A program made the position numbers and the translations under genes. Below, piece by piece: positions 37,476 through 49,429 of a stretch of DNA of 64,000 nt (positions within the stretch are counted from its first letter, which is position 1; every line of letters starts with the position of its first letter). A model generated the notes under the pieces. It saw only the letters and a list, made by a program, of their open reading frames with translations. It searched no databases and was not told where the DNA came from. The stretch covers positions 199,146,001 through 199,210,000 of the forward strand of contig NC_086100.1 in NCBI RefSeq assembly GCF_963921235.1. The letters are read 5' to 3'. This DNA is from Mobula hypostoma. Lineage: Eukaryota.

Positions 37476-38324
37476 CTGCAAAATAACAAACAAATTTGTC
37501 ATTCCAGCATCTTTAGAACATTGCTGACTGAATGGCCTGTACTATGTTGTGCTGGCACTTTTAACTTAATCCATGATCAATCTAACCTTTCCCTCCCACA
37601 TATAGTGCCTATAATTAGTATCTCCCCCACCCCCCCCCAGAAGTTTTCATGTTTTACAACATTGAATCACTGTGGATTTAATTTGGCTTGGTTTGACACT
37701 GATCAATAAAAAAAACTTTTAAGTCAGAGTGAAAACGGATCTCTACAAAGTGATCTAAATTAATTACAAATATAAAACACAAAATAACTGATTGCATAAG
37801 TAGTTACCAGCTTCAAGTCAGTATTTAGTAGATGCAGCTTTGGCAGCAATTACAGCCTTTCGTCTGTGGACAGGTCTCTATCAGCTTTGCACATCTGGAC
37901 ACCAACTTTTCCCCATTCTTCTTTACAAAACTGCTCAAGCTCTGTCAGATTGCATGGGGATGACAAGTGAACGGTCCTTTTCAAGTCCAGCCACAAATTC
38001 TCAATTGGATTGAAGTCTAAATGCTGACCTAGCCATCCCAGGATATTAAATTTCTTGTTTTTTTACTTCATTCCCGTGTAGCTTTGGTTTTATGCTTGGG
38101 GTCATAGACCTGCTGGAAAGCAGATCTTCTCTCACATCACAGTTCTCTTGCAGACTGCATCAGGTTTTCCTCTAGGATTTCCCTGCATTTTGCTGCATTC
38201 ATTTTACCCTCTGCCTTCTAGGCAGTGAAGCATCCCCACAGCATGATGCAGCCAACACCATGCTTCATGGTAGGGATGGTGTGTTTTTGATGACGTGCGA
38301 TGTTTGGCTTATGCCAAATATACT

Positions 38325-39910
38325 AGACACTAGAATACTACAGCACAGTACAGGCCCTTCGGCCCTTGATTTTGTGCCAACCCATGTATTCCTTAAGTAA
38401 AAAATACTAAACCCACACTACCCCCAACCCTCGATTGTTCTTTCATCCATGTGCCTGTCCTAGAGGCTCTTAAATACCCCTAATGCAATGGACTAGAAGG
38501 GCCGAGATGGCCTGTTTCTGTGCTGTAAGTGTTATATGGTTATAATGTTTTAGCCTCCACCACCATCCCTGGCAAGTCATTCCAGGCACCCACAACCCTC
38601 TGTGTAAAAAAAAAACTTACCCCTGATGTCTCCCCTAAACTTCCCTCCTTTAACTTTGTACATATGCCCTCTGGTGTTTGCTATTCATGCCCTGGGAAAT
38701 GGGTACTGGCTATGCCTCTCATAATCTTGTAGACCTCTATCAAGTCCCTTCTCATCCTTCTACGCTCCAAAGAGAAAAGTCCCAGCTCTGTTAACCTTGC
38801 CTCATAAGACTTGGTTTCCAATCCAGGCAAATCTCTGCACTCTCTTCATAGCTTCCACAGCCTTCCTATAATGAGGTGACCGGAACTGAGCACAATTCTC
38901 TAAGTATGGTCTCACCAGAGATTTGTAAAGTTGCAACATGACCTCTCTACTCTTGAACTCAATCCCCCTATTAATGAAGTCTAGCATCCCATAGGTCTTC
39001 TTAACTACCCTATCAACCTGTGCAGCAACCTTGAGGGATGTATGGATTTGAACCCCAAGGTCCCTCTGTTCATCCACACTCTTAAGTAACCAACCATTAA
39101 CCCTGTACTCAGCCTTCTGGTTTGTCCTTCCAAAATGTATCACCTCACATTGAACTCCATCTGCCACTTTTCTGCCCAACTTTGCATCCTGTCTATATCC
39201 TCTTGTAACCTTCGACAACCTACAGCTCCATCCACAACTCCTCCAATCTTCGCGTCATCCGCAAACTTACTCACCCATCCTTCCACCTCTTCATCCAGGT
39301 CATTTATAAAAATCACGAAGAGCAGGGGTCCCAGGACAGATCCTTGCGGCACTCCACTAGTCACCGACCTCCAGGCAGATTACTTTCCTTCCACTACTAC
39401 CCTCTGCTTTCTTCATGTAAGACAATTTTTTTTATTCAAACAGTGAAGGTTCCACCGATCCCATGCCTCATGACTTTCTGGATGAGTCTCTCGTGGGGGA
39501 CCTTGTCAAACGCCTTGCTAAAATCCATGTAGACCACATCTACCGCCCTACCCTCATCAATTTCTTTTGTTACCTCTTCAAAAAACTCACATTAGGCTTG
39601 TGAGGCACGACCTTCCCTTCACAAAGTCATGTTGACTATCCTTGAGTAGACTGAACTTCTCCAATGCTAGTATATTCTATCCTTAAGAATCCTTTCCAAT
39701 AGTTTGCAGACCACCGATGTAAGACTCATTGGTCTATAGGTCCCAGGATTCTCGCTATTACCTTTTTTAAACATTTGCCATTCTCCAATCCTCCAGCACC
39801 TCCCCTGCAGCCAAAGAGGATTCAAAGATCATAGCTACTGCTCCAGCGATCTCTTCTCTCACTTCCCACAGCAACCTAGAGTATATCACATCCGGCCCTG
39901 GGGACTTATC
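38325..39910 (-). mobile_element. CR1 RT half nested in the Tc1
   Basis: [21 protein letters not shown] and FADD motifs; 3' tail at ~38325. Confidence 0.88.
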
Positions 39911-40616
39911 ATAGGGGACATAGCATTTAGTCTGATGGCCAAAAAGCTCAATTTTGGTTTCATCAGATCACAGAACCTTCCAGCTGACTTCAGAGTATCC
40001 CATATGCCTACTGGCAAACTCTAGCCGAGATTGCTTGAGTTTTTTTTCCCCCCCAACAGTGGCTTTCTCTGTCACTCTCTTATCTCAGCCACCAAAGCTT
40101 GTAACTCCTCCCCAGTTGTCATAGGTCTCTTGGTGGTCTCCCTCACTAGTCCTCTTCTTACACGGTCACTCAGTTTTTGAGGATGGCCTACTCTAGGCAG
40201 ATTTACAGTTGTGCCAAATTCTTTCCATTTCTTGATGATTGACTTAACTATACACCAAGGGATATTCAGTGACTTCGAAATTTTCTTTTATCCATCTCCT
40301 AACAATGCTTTTCAACAACGGTTTTGTGGAGTTGCTTGGAGTGTTCTTTTGTCTTCATTGTGTAGTGACTCACCAGCAGTTGGACCTTCTTGACACAGGT
40401 GTATTTTTACTATAATCAATTGAAACACCTTGACTGCACACAGGTCTCCAAAAACAAATCTCCATTTAACTAATTATGTGACTTCTAAAACCAAATGGCT
40501 GCACCAGTGATGGTGTGTCATATTAAAAGAGGTGAATACTTACGCAATTATATTGTATTTAATATTTGTAATTGATTTTGATCACATTTTCATGTCAAAG
40601 TGAAAACAGATCTTGA

Positions 40617-41700
40617 CAGCAACACACATGAAAGTTGCTGGTGAACACAGCAGGCCAGGCAGCATCTCTAGGAAACGGTACAGTCGACGTTTCGGGCTGA
40701 GACCCTTCATCAGGACTAACTGAAGGAAGAGTTAGTAAGAGCTTTGAAAGTGGGAGGGGGAGGGGGAGATCCAAAATGATAGGAGAAGACAGGAGAGGGA
40801 GGGATGGACCCAAGAGCTGGACAGGTGATTGGGAAAAGGGATACGAGAGGATCATGGGACAGCATGCCTGGGGGGTGGGGAACCCCAGAGGATGGGCAAG
40901 GGGTATAGTGAGAGGGATAGAGGGAGAAAAAGAATGTGAATGTGTGTATATAAATAAATAACAGATGGGGTACAAGGGGGAGGTGGGGCATTAGCAGAAG
41001 TTAGAGAAGTCAATGTTCATGCCATCAGGTTGGAGGCTACCCAGATGGAATATAAGGTGTTGTTCCTCCAACCTGACTGTGGCTTCATCTTTACAGTAGA
41101 GGAGGCCATGGATAGACATAACAGAATGAAAATGGGACGTGGAATTAAAATGTGTGGCCACTGGGAGATCCTGCTTTCTCTGGCGGACAGAGCGTAGGTA
41201 TTCAGTGAAACAATCTCACAGTCTGCGTCGGGTCTCTCCAATATATAGAAGGTCACATCGGGAGCACCGGACGCAGTATATCACCCCAGCCGACTCACAG
41301 GTGAAGTGTCGCCTACACTTGGAAGGACTGTCTGGGCCCTGAATGGTGGTAAGGGAGGAAGTGTAAGGGCAAGTGTAGCACCTGTTCCGCTTACAAGGAT
41401 AAGTGCCAGGAGGGAGATCGGTGGGGAGGGATGGACAAGGGAGTCGCGTAGGGAGCAATCCCTGCAGAAAGCCGGGGGGGGGGGGGGGAGGGAGGAAAAG
41501 ATGTGCTTAGTGGTGGGATCCTGTTGGAGGTGGCAGAAGTTACGGAGAATAATATGTTGGAGCCGGAGGCTGGTGGGGTGGTAGGAGAGGACAAGGAGAA
41601 CCCTATCTCTAGTGGGGTGGCAGGAGGATGGGGTAAGAGCAGATGTGCATGAAATGGGGGAGATGCATCTGAGAGCAGAGTTGATGGTGGAGGAAGGGGG
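40617..41700 (-). mobile_element. Penelope-like element 3' portion nested in the Tc1
   Basis: GIY-YIG region SAGVIYCVRCSRCDLLYIGETRRRL; pLTR end. Confidence 0.88.
40681..40718 (-). ncRNA. Minimal type I hammerhead ribozyme motif in the Penelope pLTR
   Basis: UAGUC-CUGAUGA-A-GGGU-CUCA-GCCC-GAAA-C-GUC/GACUG: intact core boxes, helix I AGUC:GACU, 4-bp helix II, loopless palindromic helix III (ACGU). Confidence 0.75.
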
Positions 41701-41853
41701 GGAGGGGGGTGTGAATACTTTTTACAGGCGTTGTAGACTTCCATTTTCTATCCTGCAGGTGCTTATTTAGGAAATTCTTATCTGCTCCATCACCACTCTC
41801 TGTGTAAAGAACCTACCTCTGATATCCCTGCCCACACCCTGGTGACTCCTTAC

Positions 41854-41975
41854 CTCCATGTTCTTGTAGTGCAGCATCGTGCTGCAGTGGGTCACCTTGG
41901 CAGTGTCTTCATTTGTGTAAAACAGGGAACATATCTGACAGAAGTAACCAGTCTTTGGGACAACAAATTCAACAC
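41854..41975 (-). CDS. ZNF638: ZNF638-like exon encoding the matrin/U1-type zinc finger (122 nt, phase 1-0)
   Basis: ccgcag / gtaagg; GVEFVVPKTGYFCQICSLFYTNEDTAKVTHCSTMLHYKNME. Confidence 0.88.
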
Positions 41976-42219
41976 CTGCGGACACACAACAGGAAGTAAT
42001 TAACCCTGTCCATCGGCTGATCTTTGGTTCCAGGGTGCCTGATGGGTCCTGCTAACCCCACAACCACCGACTACCTTGCACTCCACAATTGTCTACCGCC
42101 CCACTATGTTGTCATGCCCTCCAACATGGACCCAGACCCATCCGCCCACCACACTGCCCACTGAACCCTTTTCCACTTCAAGAGTCAACCGTGATGTCGT
42201 GGGGCTAGGAGGAGGTGTT

Positions 42220-44843
42220 GGTAGAGCTGCGTAACACTAAGGGGCAGAAGACGCTGGTGGGAGTTGTGTACAGGCCACCTAACAGTAGTAGTGAGGTCGG
42301 AGATGGTATTAAACAGGAAATTAGAAATGTGTGCAATAAAGGAACAGCAGTTATAATGGGTGACTTCAATCTACATGTAGACTGGGTGAACCAAATTGGT
42401 AAAGGTACTGAGGAAGAGGATTTCTTGGAATGTATGCGGGATGGTTTTTTGAACCAACATGTCGAGGAACCGACTAGAGAGCAGGCTATTCTGGACTGGG
42501 TTTTGAACAATGAGGAAGGGTTAATTAGCGATCTTGTCGTGAGAGGCCCCTTGGGTAAGAATGACCATAATATGGTGGAATTCTTCATTAACATGGAGAG
42601 TGACGTAGTTAATTCAGAAACAAAGGTTCTGAACTTAAAGAGGGGTAACTTTGAAGGTATGAGACGTGATTTAGCTAAGATAGACTGGCAAATGACACTT
42701 AAAGGATTGACGGTGGATATGCAATCGCAAGCATTTAAAGATTGCATGGATGAACTACAACAATTGTTCATCCCAGTTTGGCAAAAGAATAAATCAAGGA
42801 AGGTAGTGCACCCGTGGCTGACAAGAGAAATTCGGGATAGTATCAATTCCAAAGAAGTAGCATACAAATTAGCCAGAGAAAGTGGCTCACCTGAGGACTG
42901 GGAGAAATTCAGAGTTCAGCAGAGGAGGACAAAGGGCTTAATTAGGAAGGGGAAAAAAGATTATGAGAGAAAACTGGCAGAGAACATAAAAACGGACTGT
43001 AAAAGCTTTTATAGATATGTAAAAAGGAAAAGACTGATAAAGACAAATGTAGGTCCCCTGCAAACAGAAACAGGTGAATTGATTATGGGGAGCAAGGACA
43101 TGGCAGACCAATTGAATAATTACTTTGGTTCTGTCTTCACTAAGGAGGACATAAATAATCTTCCAGAAATAGTAAGGGACAGAGGGTCCAGTGAGATGGA
43201 GGAACTGAGCGAAATACATGTTAGTAGGGAAGTGGTGTTAGGTAAATTGAAGGGATTGAAGGCAGATAAATCCCCAGGGCCAGATGGTCTGCATCCCAGA
43301 GTGCTTAAGGAAGTGGCCCAAGAAATAGTGGATACATTAGTGATAATTTTTCAAAACTCGTTAGATTCTGGACTAGTTCCTGAGGATTGGAGGGTGGCTA
43401 ATGTAACCCCACTTTTTAAAAAAGGAGGGAGAGAGAAACCGGGGAATTATAGGCCGGTTAGCCTAACGTCGGTGGTGGGGAAACTGCTGGAGTCAGTTAT
43501 CAAGGATGTGATAACAGCACATTTGGAAAGCGGTGAAATCATCGGACAAAGTCAGCATGGATTTGTGAAAGGAAAATCATGTCTGACGAATCTCATAGAA
43601 TTTTTTGAGGATATAACTAGTAGAGTGGATAGGGGAGAACCAGTGGATGTGCTATATTTGGATTTTCAAAAGGCTTTTGACAAGGTCCCACACAGGAGAT
43701 TAGTGTGCAAACTTAAAGCACACGGTATTGGGGGTAAGGTATTGGTGTGGGTGGAGAATTGGTTAGCAGACAGGAAGCAAAGAGTGGGAATAAACGGGAC
43801 CTTTTCAGAATGGCAGGCGGTGACTAGTGGGGTACCGCAAGGCTCAGTGCTGGGACCCCAGTTGTTTACAATATATATTAATGACTTGGATGAGGGAATT
43901 AAATGCAGCATCTCCAAGTTTGCGGATGACACAAAGCTGGGTGGCAGTGTTAGCAGTGAGGAGGATGCTAAGAGGATGCAGGGTGACTTGGATAGGTTGG
44001 GTGAGTGGGCAAACTCATGGCAGATGCAATTTAATGTGGATAAATGTGAAGTTATCCACTTTGGTGGCAAAAATAGGAAAACAGATTATTATCTGAATGG
44101 TGGCCGATTAGGAAAAGGGGAGGTGCAACGAGACCTGGGTGACATTATACACCAGTCATTGAAAGTGGGCATGCAGGTACAGCAGGCGGTGAAAAAGGCG
44201 AACGGTATGCTGGCATTTATAGCGAGAGGATTCGAGTACAGGAGCAGGGAGGTACTACTGCAGTTGTACAAGGCCTTGGTGAGACCACACCTGGAGTATT
44301 GTGTGCAGTTTTTGTCCCCTAATCTGAGGAAAGACATCTTTGCCATAGAGGGAGTACAAAGAAGGTTCACCAGATTGATTCCTGGGATGGCAGGTCTTTC
44401 ATATGAAGAAAGACTGGATGAACTGGGCTTGTACTCGTTGGAATTTAGAAGATTGAGGGGGGATCTGATTGAAACGTATAAGATCCTAAAGGGATTGGAC
44501 AGGCTAGATGCGGGAAGATTGTTCCCGATGTTGGGGAGGTCTAGAACGAGGGGTCACAGTTTGAGGATAGAGGGGAAGCCTTTTAGGACTGAGGTTAGGA
44601 AAAACTTCTTCACACAGAGAGTGGTGAATCTGTGGAATTCTCTGCCACAGCAAACTGTTGAGGCCAGTTCATTGGCTATGTTTAAGAGGGAGTTAGATAT
44701 GGCCCTTGTGGCTACAGGGGTCAGGGGGTATGGAGGGAAGGCTGGGTTCTGAGTTGGATGATCAGCCATGATCATAATAAATGGCGGTGCAGGCTCGAAG
44801 GGCCGAATGGCCTACTCCTGCACCTATTTTCTATGTTTCTATG
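42220..44843 (+). mobile_element. Young CR1, 5'-truncated within EN, remaining ORF2 uninterrupted
   Basis: 845-aa open frame to the native stop at 44752; complete tail; antisense in the ZNF638-like intron. Confidence 0.96.
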
Positions 44844-44974
44844 AGACGTCAGGGACGAGAAGGCAGGGTGTTGGTGGGTCAGTCTGAACAGAGAACACTC
44901 CTGTTTTATAAGTGATGCGCATACCGTCACTCTAAGCATCAGCTTCAGTCTTTGCACTACCTTGGTGCACTCAC

Positions 44975-45094
44975 CGACAGGGCTGTTGGGCTTGTACGGA
45001 GGCATCTTCAGTTCAGTGAGATTTGTACCAGCCAGCCTGATCCTCTTTACAGCGGGTTCCACCTCAGGTGGAGACTCTCTCTTCAACTTGGGTT
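44975..45094 (-). CDS. ZNF638: ZNF638-like exon (120 nt, phase 1-1)
   Basis: ttttaccag / gtgagt; EPKLKRESPPEVEPAVKRIRLAGTNLTELKMPPYKPNSPVG, with the PY-P---VG pre-finger motif of the matrin family and an NLS-like KRIR. Confidence 0.85.
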
Positions 45095-45753
45095 CTGGTA
45101 AAACAGAATGCATTAGGGGAGAAACAGTTTTCAAACCTGACATGCAGGTTGGGGATTTTCAGAACAGTTACACAGGGAAGGCCACTCTGCCCAGTGTGCT
45201 TGTTGTGGCTCTCCAGCTCCCCACATATTTATTCCATCCCTGCTGAATGTCACTGTAACTTGCCTGGTTCTGTCCAAACCGGCTGAACAAAATAACAAAT
45301 CTGAAAAAAGGGGCCAGTGTCGAGACAAGTAACAGGAAACTGGCTCACTGAGGGGATCTGGTCTGGACTCCACCTGGACAACCAGTAACCATCCTCTGCA
45401 ATGGCACAAGACAAACTGGTAAGCCTGATTTCATCTTCACGGCTCAACATGTAGTCTCACCCACAGGGTAAACAGTCCAGGGCAGGTCGATGGCACGAGG
45501 CACAATAGCAGTTTGTTATGGACTAGGTGGGTCAGAGGGTCCATTTCTGGGCTGTAGGGCTCTATGATTCTAAGGGTCAAATGGCCTACTCATGTGTCTA
45601 TGTTTGGAAAATTACGGCACATTCTTCTCTCTCTCATGAACTTGTACAGTTCCCCCTTTGTGTAACTATTCCCTGCCTATAGAGTTCCTGCTGATGAAGG
45701 CATTCAGACCACAGGACAGGGAGGTGGCTGCTAACCTGCCAGCCAGTGCTCAC

Positions 45754-46125
45754 CTGTTCGCTGCTCCTGGCCCGCATTCGTGGCGTCGCCTCCAGAAGAG
45801 GCAGGGACAGGCGAAAGGTTACTGGGTGGAGATGCCGCTGCACTGTGGGCAGGTTCACCACCTGCAGACGATGGGGACGCAGTCCCCCTCTGGGCAACTG
45901 TGGTTTCTGTGACTGGGGGCGCCGCGGCCTCTGGTCTGGTGTCTGGGAGAGGGGCTTTGCTTGGTTCTGCTGCGGGAGCCTCCGCTGCTTTCTCTGGCGT
46001 TGTCTCTGTCTCCATTGGCTGCTCATCTGCTGCTGACTTGGCCTCGGGCAGGGGTTCCAGCTGGGCTGGGGCCTCAGGTTTCGATGTCACTTCTGTGGTC
46101 TCCATTGCCTCGACCTGTTCAGTTG
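45754..46125 (-). CDS. ZNF638: ZNF638-like exon, Ala/Pro/Glu-rich (372 nt, phase 1-1)
   Basis: ttcccatttccacag / gtgagc; open frame TEQVEAMETTEV...QEQRT; phases consistent. Confidence 0.8.
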
Positions 46126-46944
46126 CTGTGGAAATGGGAACAAATCTCAGACATTTGTCACAACTGGCACGATTCCTTCTGCTCTTCCTATAGTTTATTC
46201 ATGGACATTACAAGATGTATCCACTACTCTCTGTGGGTGACATGGAATCACAGACAAAGCCATGCCCATTAATACAAGTGGGTCAAACAATCCCTTGCCC
46301 CTGCTCTTCCAAGGTCAAGGCCACATTCCTCAGACTTCAACACAACTGCAGGAAATATGCAGATGACCATGGTCTGCACCATGATGGGTTGAAGGACCTA
46401 CTGTTCTATTTCACTCCCAGAGTGAAGACATTTCTGATGTGACACCGCCCTGATTGAGCTTCTGTACGTGGGCTATCTCCAGCACTGTACCCACTGTAAA
46501 TCTCAGCACAATCCCAGCTTTCCACGCAAATCTTCCATTCAAAGCAAACCCTTGCCTACCCTCACCCCACACCATTCTTTCCATCTCTCTGATCAGCTGA
46601 AAATCCTGCTAGAGAATGAGATGTCTGTCCTTTGCAAATACCCAGCTTTTGAAATGGTGACCAGCCATCTCCCCACAGTTCAGTCCAACCAGCAGTGGCT
46701 GATGATTACATGCTCAGATGGTTCTCTTTGGTATCTAACCACAACCCCTTATTTCTCCATCTGTACCAACCCCTGTTGAAAACATCAATTGTTGCATACA
46801 CACCCCACAACAGCCAACTTTTTATGTACCCAATATCTCATGGGGACATCCTTCCCACCATTGGTAATGTCTAGAGGAGGTGCTGCTTCAAAACAAAATC
46901 CATCATTCAAGCTCCCCACCATAAGACATGAGAACAGAATTTCA

Positions 46945-47395
46945 AACAAGAGAAAACCTGCCAATGCTGGAGATCCAAGCAACACACACAAAATGCTGGA
47001 GAAACTCAGCAGGCCAGGCAGCATCTATGGAAAAGAGTACAGTTGACATTTTGGGCCAAGACCCTTTATCGGGACTGGAGAAAAAAGATGAGGGGGCAGA
47101 GTAGGAAGTTGGAAGAAGAAACACAAGGTGATAAGTGAAACTGGGAGGGGGAGGGGTGAGTAAAGAGCTGGGAGGATAATTGTTTGAAAAACATACAGGG
47201 CTGGAGAAAGGGGAATCTAATAGGAGAGGACAGAAAGCCATGGAAGAAAGAAAAGGGGGAGGAACACCAGAGGGCAGGTGAAAGAGGGAAATAGGAATGG
47301 GGGTTGGGCATTACCAGAAGTTCAAGACATAAATATTCATTCCATCAGGTTGGAGGCTACCCAGATGGAATATAAGGTGTTGCTACTCTAACCTG
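46945..47395 (-). mobile_element. Penelope-like 3' fragment with decayed hammerhead
   Basis: pLTR sequence homologous to 40617-41100; core mutated (CCGATAA...CAAAA). Confidence 0.75.
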
Positions 47396-47914
47396 GTACT
47401 GGACTCACCCACTATAGGAAACACCCTCTCTACTTCTACTCGATCTAGGCCTTTCAATATTTGATAGGTTACAATGAGATTTCCCCGCTCATTCTTCTAA
47501 TCTCCAGTGGGCACAGGCCCAAGAGCCATCAAACACCCCTTCATTCCAAGGATCATTTTCAGGAACCTCCTCTGGACCCTCTCCAATACCTGAAAATCCT
47601 TTCTTAGATAAGTGGCCCAAAACTACTTGTAATACTCCAAGTGCAGTCTGACTAATGCCTTATAAATCCCCACTGCGGAGAGGGGCGGGCACATAATCCC
47701 CTAACGGTTCAATGTCTGACTACACAGAATGAAGATGAAAGAGACGCGTTCACTCCAAGGTGGTGGGATTAGGAATTCTCTGGCCGGATCCTGGTTATGA
47801 ACACATTAGAGGCTGGAATGGTCCTGAGAAGAGAGGGTGTCAGGTGGCTGGGAGCCCGTATCTGGTTTGGATTCCTGGGCCTGAAGAGGTTGCCAACCCT
47901 AGGCAGTGGTTTAC

Positions 47915-48107
47915 CTGCAGCTGGCTTTGCGTTGGGGACTTCCTCGGTGGCTTCTGCTCCCACCAGTTTGAGCTCGGTACTTTCTGATGTTTGGGTGTTG
48001 GTTTCAGGTTCATTTTCAGGGATCTGATCTCCAGCGAGGTCTTCCTCCTCCCCCACTTCATCCACAGTCACAAACTCATCCAGGTTAAAGGGGAAGACCT
48101 CCTGTTC
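47915..48107 (-). CDS. ZNF638: ZNF638-like exon with acidic FVTVDEV motif (193 nt, phase 0-1)
   Basis: Pyrimidine tract + aag / gtaaac; EQEVFPFNLDEFVTVDEVGEEED matches the recalled ZNF638 FPFNLDEFVTVDEV. Confidence 0.87.
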
Positions 48108-49429
48108 CTTGGCAAAGGGGAAGAAAACACTTATTAATCTTTCTGAAACAGCAAGCACAAAACTCCAATCTCAAGCAGCTGGAAAGCAAAGAATCGTTCG
48201 GCAAAAGAGAATCACAGGGGCTCTTGCAAATCAGCTGCAGACCCAGAGTCATCAAACAGCATTTTATAACTTTCTTCACCTTAAAGAACTTCAACATAAC
48301 ATCCCATCTCCTGTACTCAATAAATTGATTAAGGCCAACATGCCAAAAGATATCTTTACGACCTTACCTACCTGCGACGCTACTTTAAATGAATTATGGA
48401 CCTGTATTCCCAGATCCCTTTGTTCTACCACATTCCTCAGCGCCCTACCTTTGGGTGGGACTACAACCAGAGTTCATGCCTTAAGGGTGAAAAGTGAGAA
48501 CTTTAAGGGGAACATGAGGGGGAAATGTCTTCACTCAGAGGGCCGTGGGAGTGTGGAATGCGCTGCCACCACAAGTGGTGCATGTGAGAGCTCAATTTCA
48601 ACATTTAAGAGAAGGCTGGATAGGTGTACATGGTCAGTAGGGATATGGAGGGCTATGGTGGTGGTGCAGGTCGATGGGAGTAGGCAGTTTAAATGATTTC
48701 GGCATGGGACCAGATGGGCTGAAGGGGCCTGTTTCAGTGCTGTACTCCTCCATGACCTATCCCACCATCGACAACCACCCATCGTTAATCCACGGAGCAG
48801 CTCCAGCTCCCGTTTGAACTAAACCATTCCCAGTCTCCCATTCACTCGTACACTAGAGTACTCATTCAGCTGCCTTTGTTAGCATGTTAATTGGTCACAC
48901 GGATATAACTGCGTAGCACAAGCTTGTTAGGTGTGATGTCTATTACATCGAACAGTACAACACAGGCACAGGCCCTTCAGCCCACAGTGCTGGGCTGAAC
49001 CAATTAGATTAGTAATCAAATGGTCAACTGAACTAATCCCTTTTGCCCACACTAGGTCAGTATCTCTCCATTTTCCTCACATTCAGGTGCCCCTTCACAG
49101 TCTCTAATGTATCTGCTTCCGCCACCACCCCAGGCAGCACCACTAGTCTGTATAAAAAAAACTTGCCCCTCACATCTCCTTTCAACTACCCCCTTTCACC
49201 ACAAATGCATGCCCTCTGATATTAGACATTTCAACCTTTGGAAAATGAGTGCTTACTCTTCTATACCTCCCATAATCTTAAAACCTCTATCAGATCTTCC
49301 CTCAGCTGCTCCACAGAAAATAACCAAGTTCATCCAACCTCTCATTACCGCACATGCCCTCGAAACCACGCAACATCCTGGCAAACATTTGCTGCACTCC
49401 TTATAAAGTTTCCACATCCTTCCTGTAAC

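Larger units (their letters stand above)
37603..41733 (-). mobile_element. Tc1-like DNA transposon with nested CR1 and Penelope insertions
   Basis: TA flanks (37601-37602, 41734-41735); degenerate CAGTGCCT...AGTATTCACCCC-type TIRs; transposase remnant resembling NLTELEQFCKEEW on - at ~37915-37955. Confidence 0.78.
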
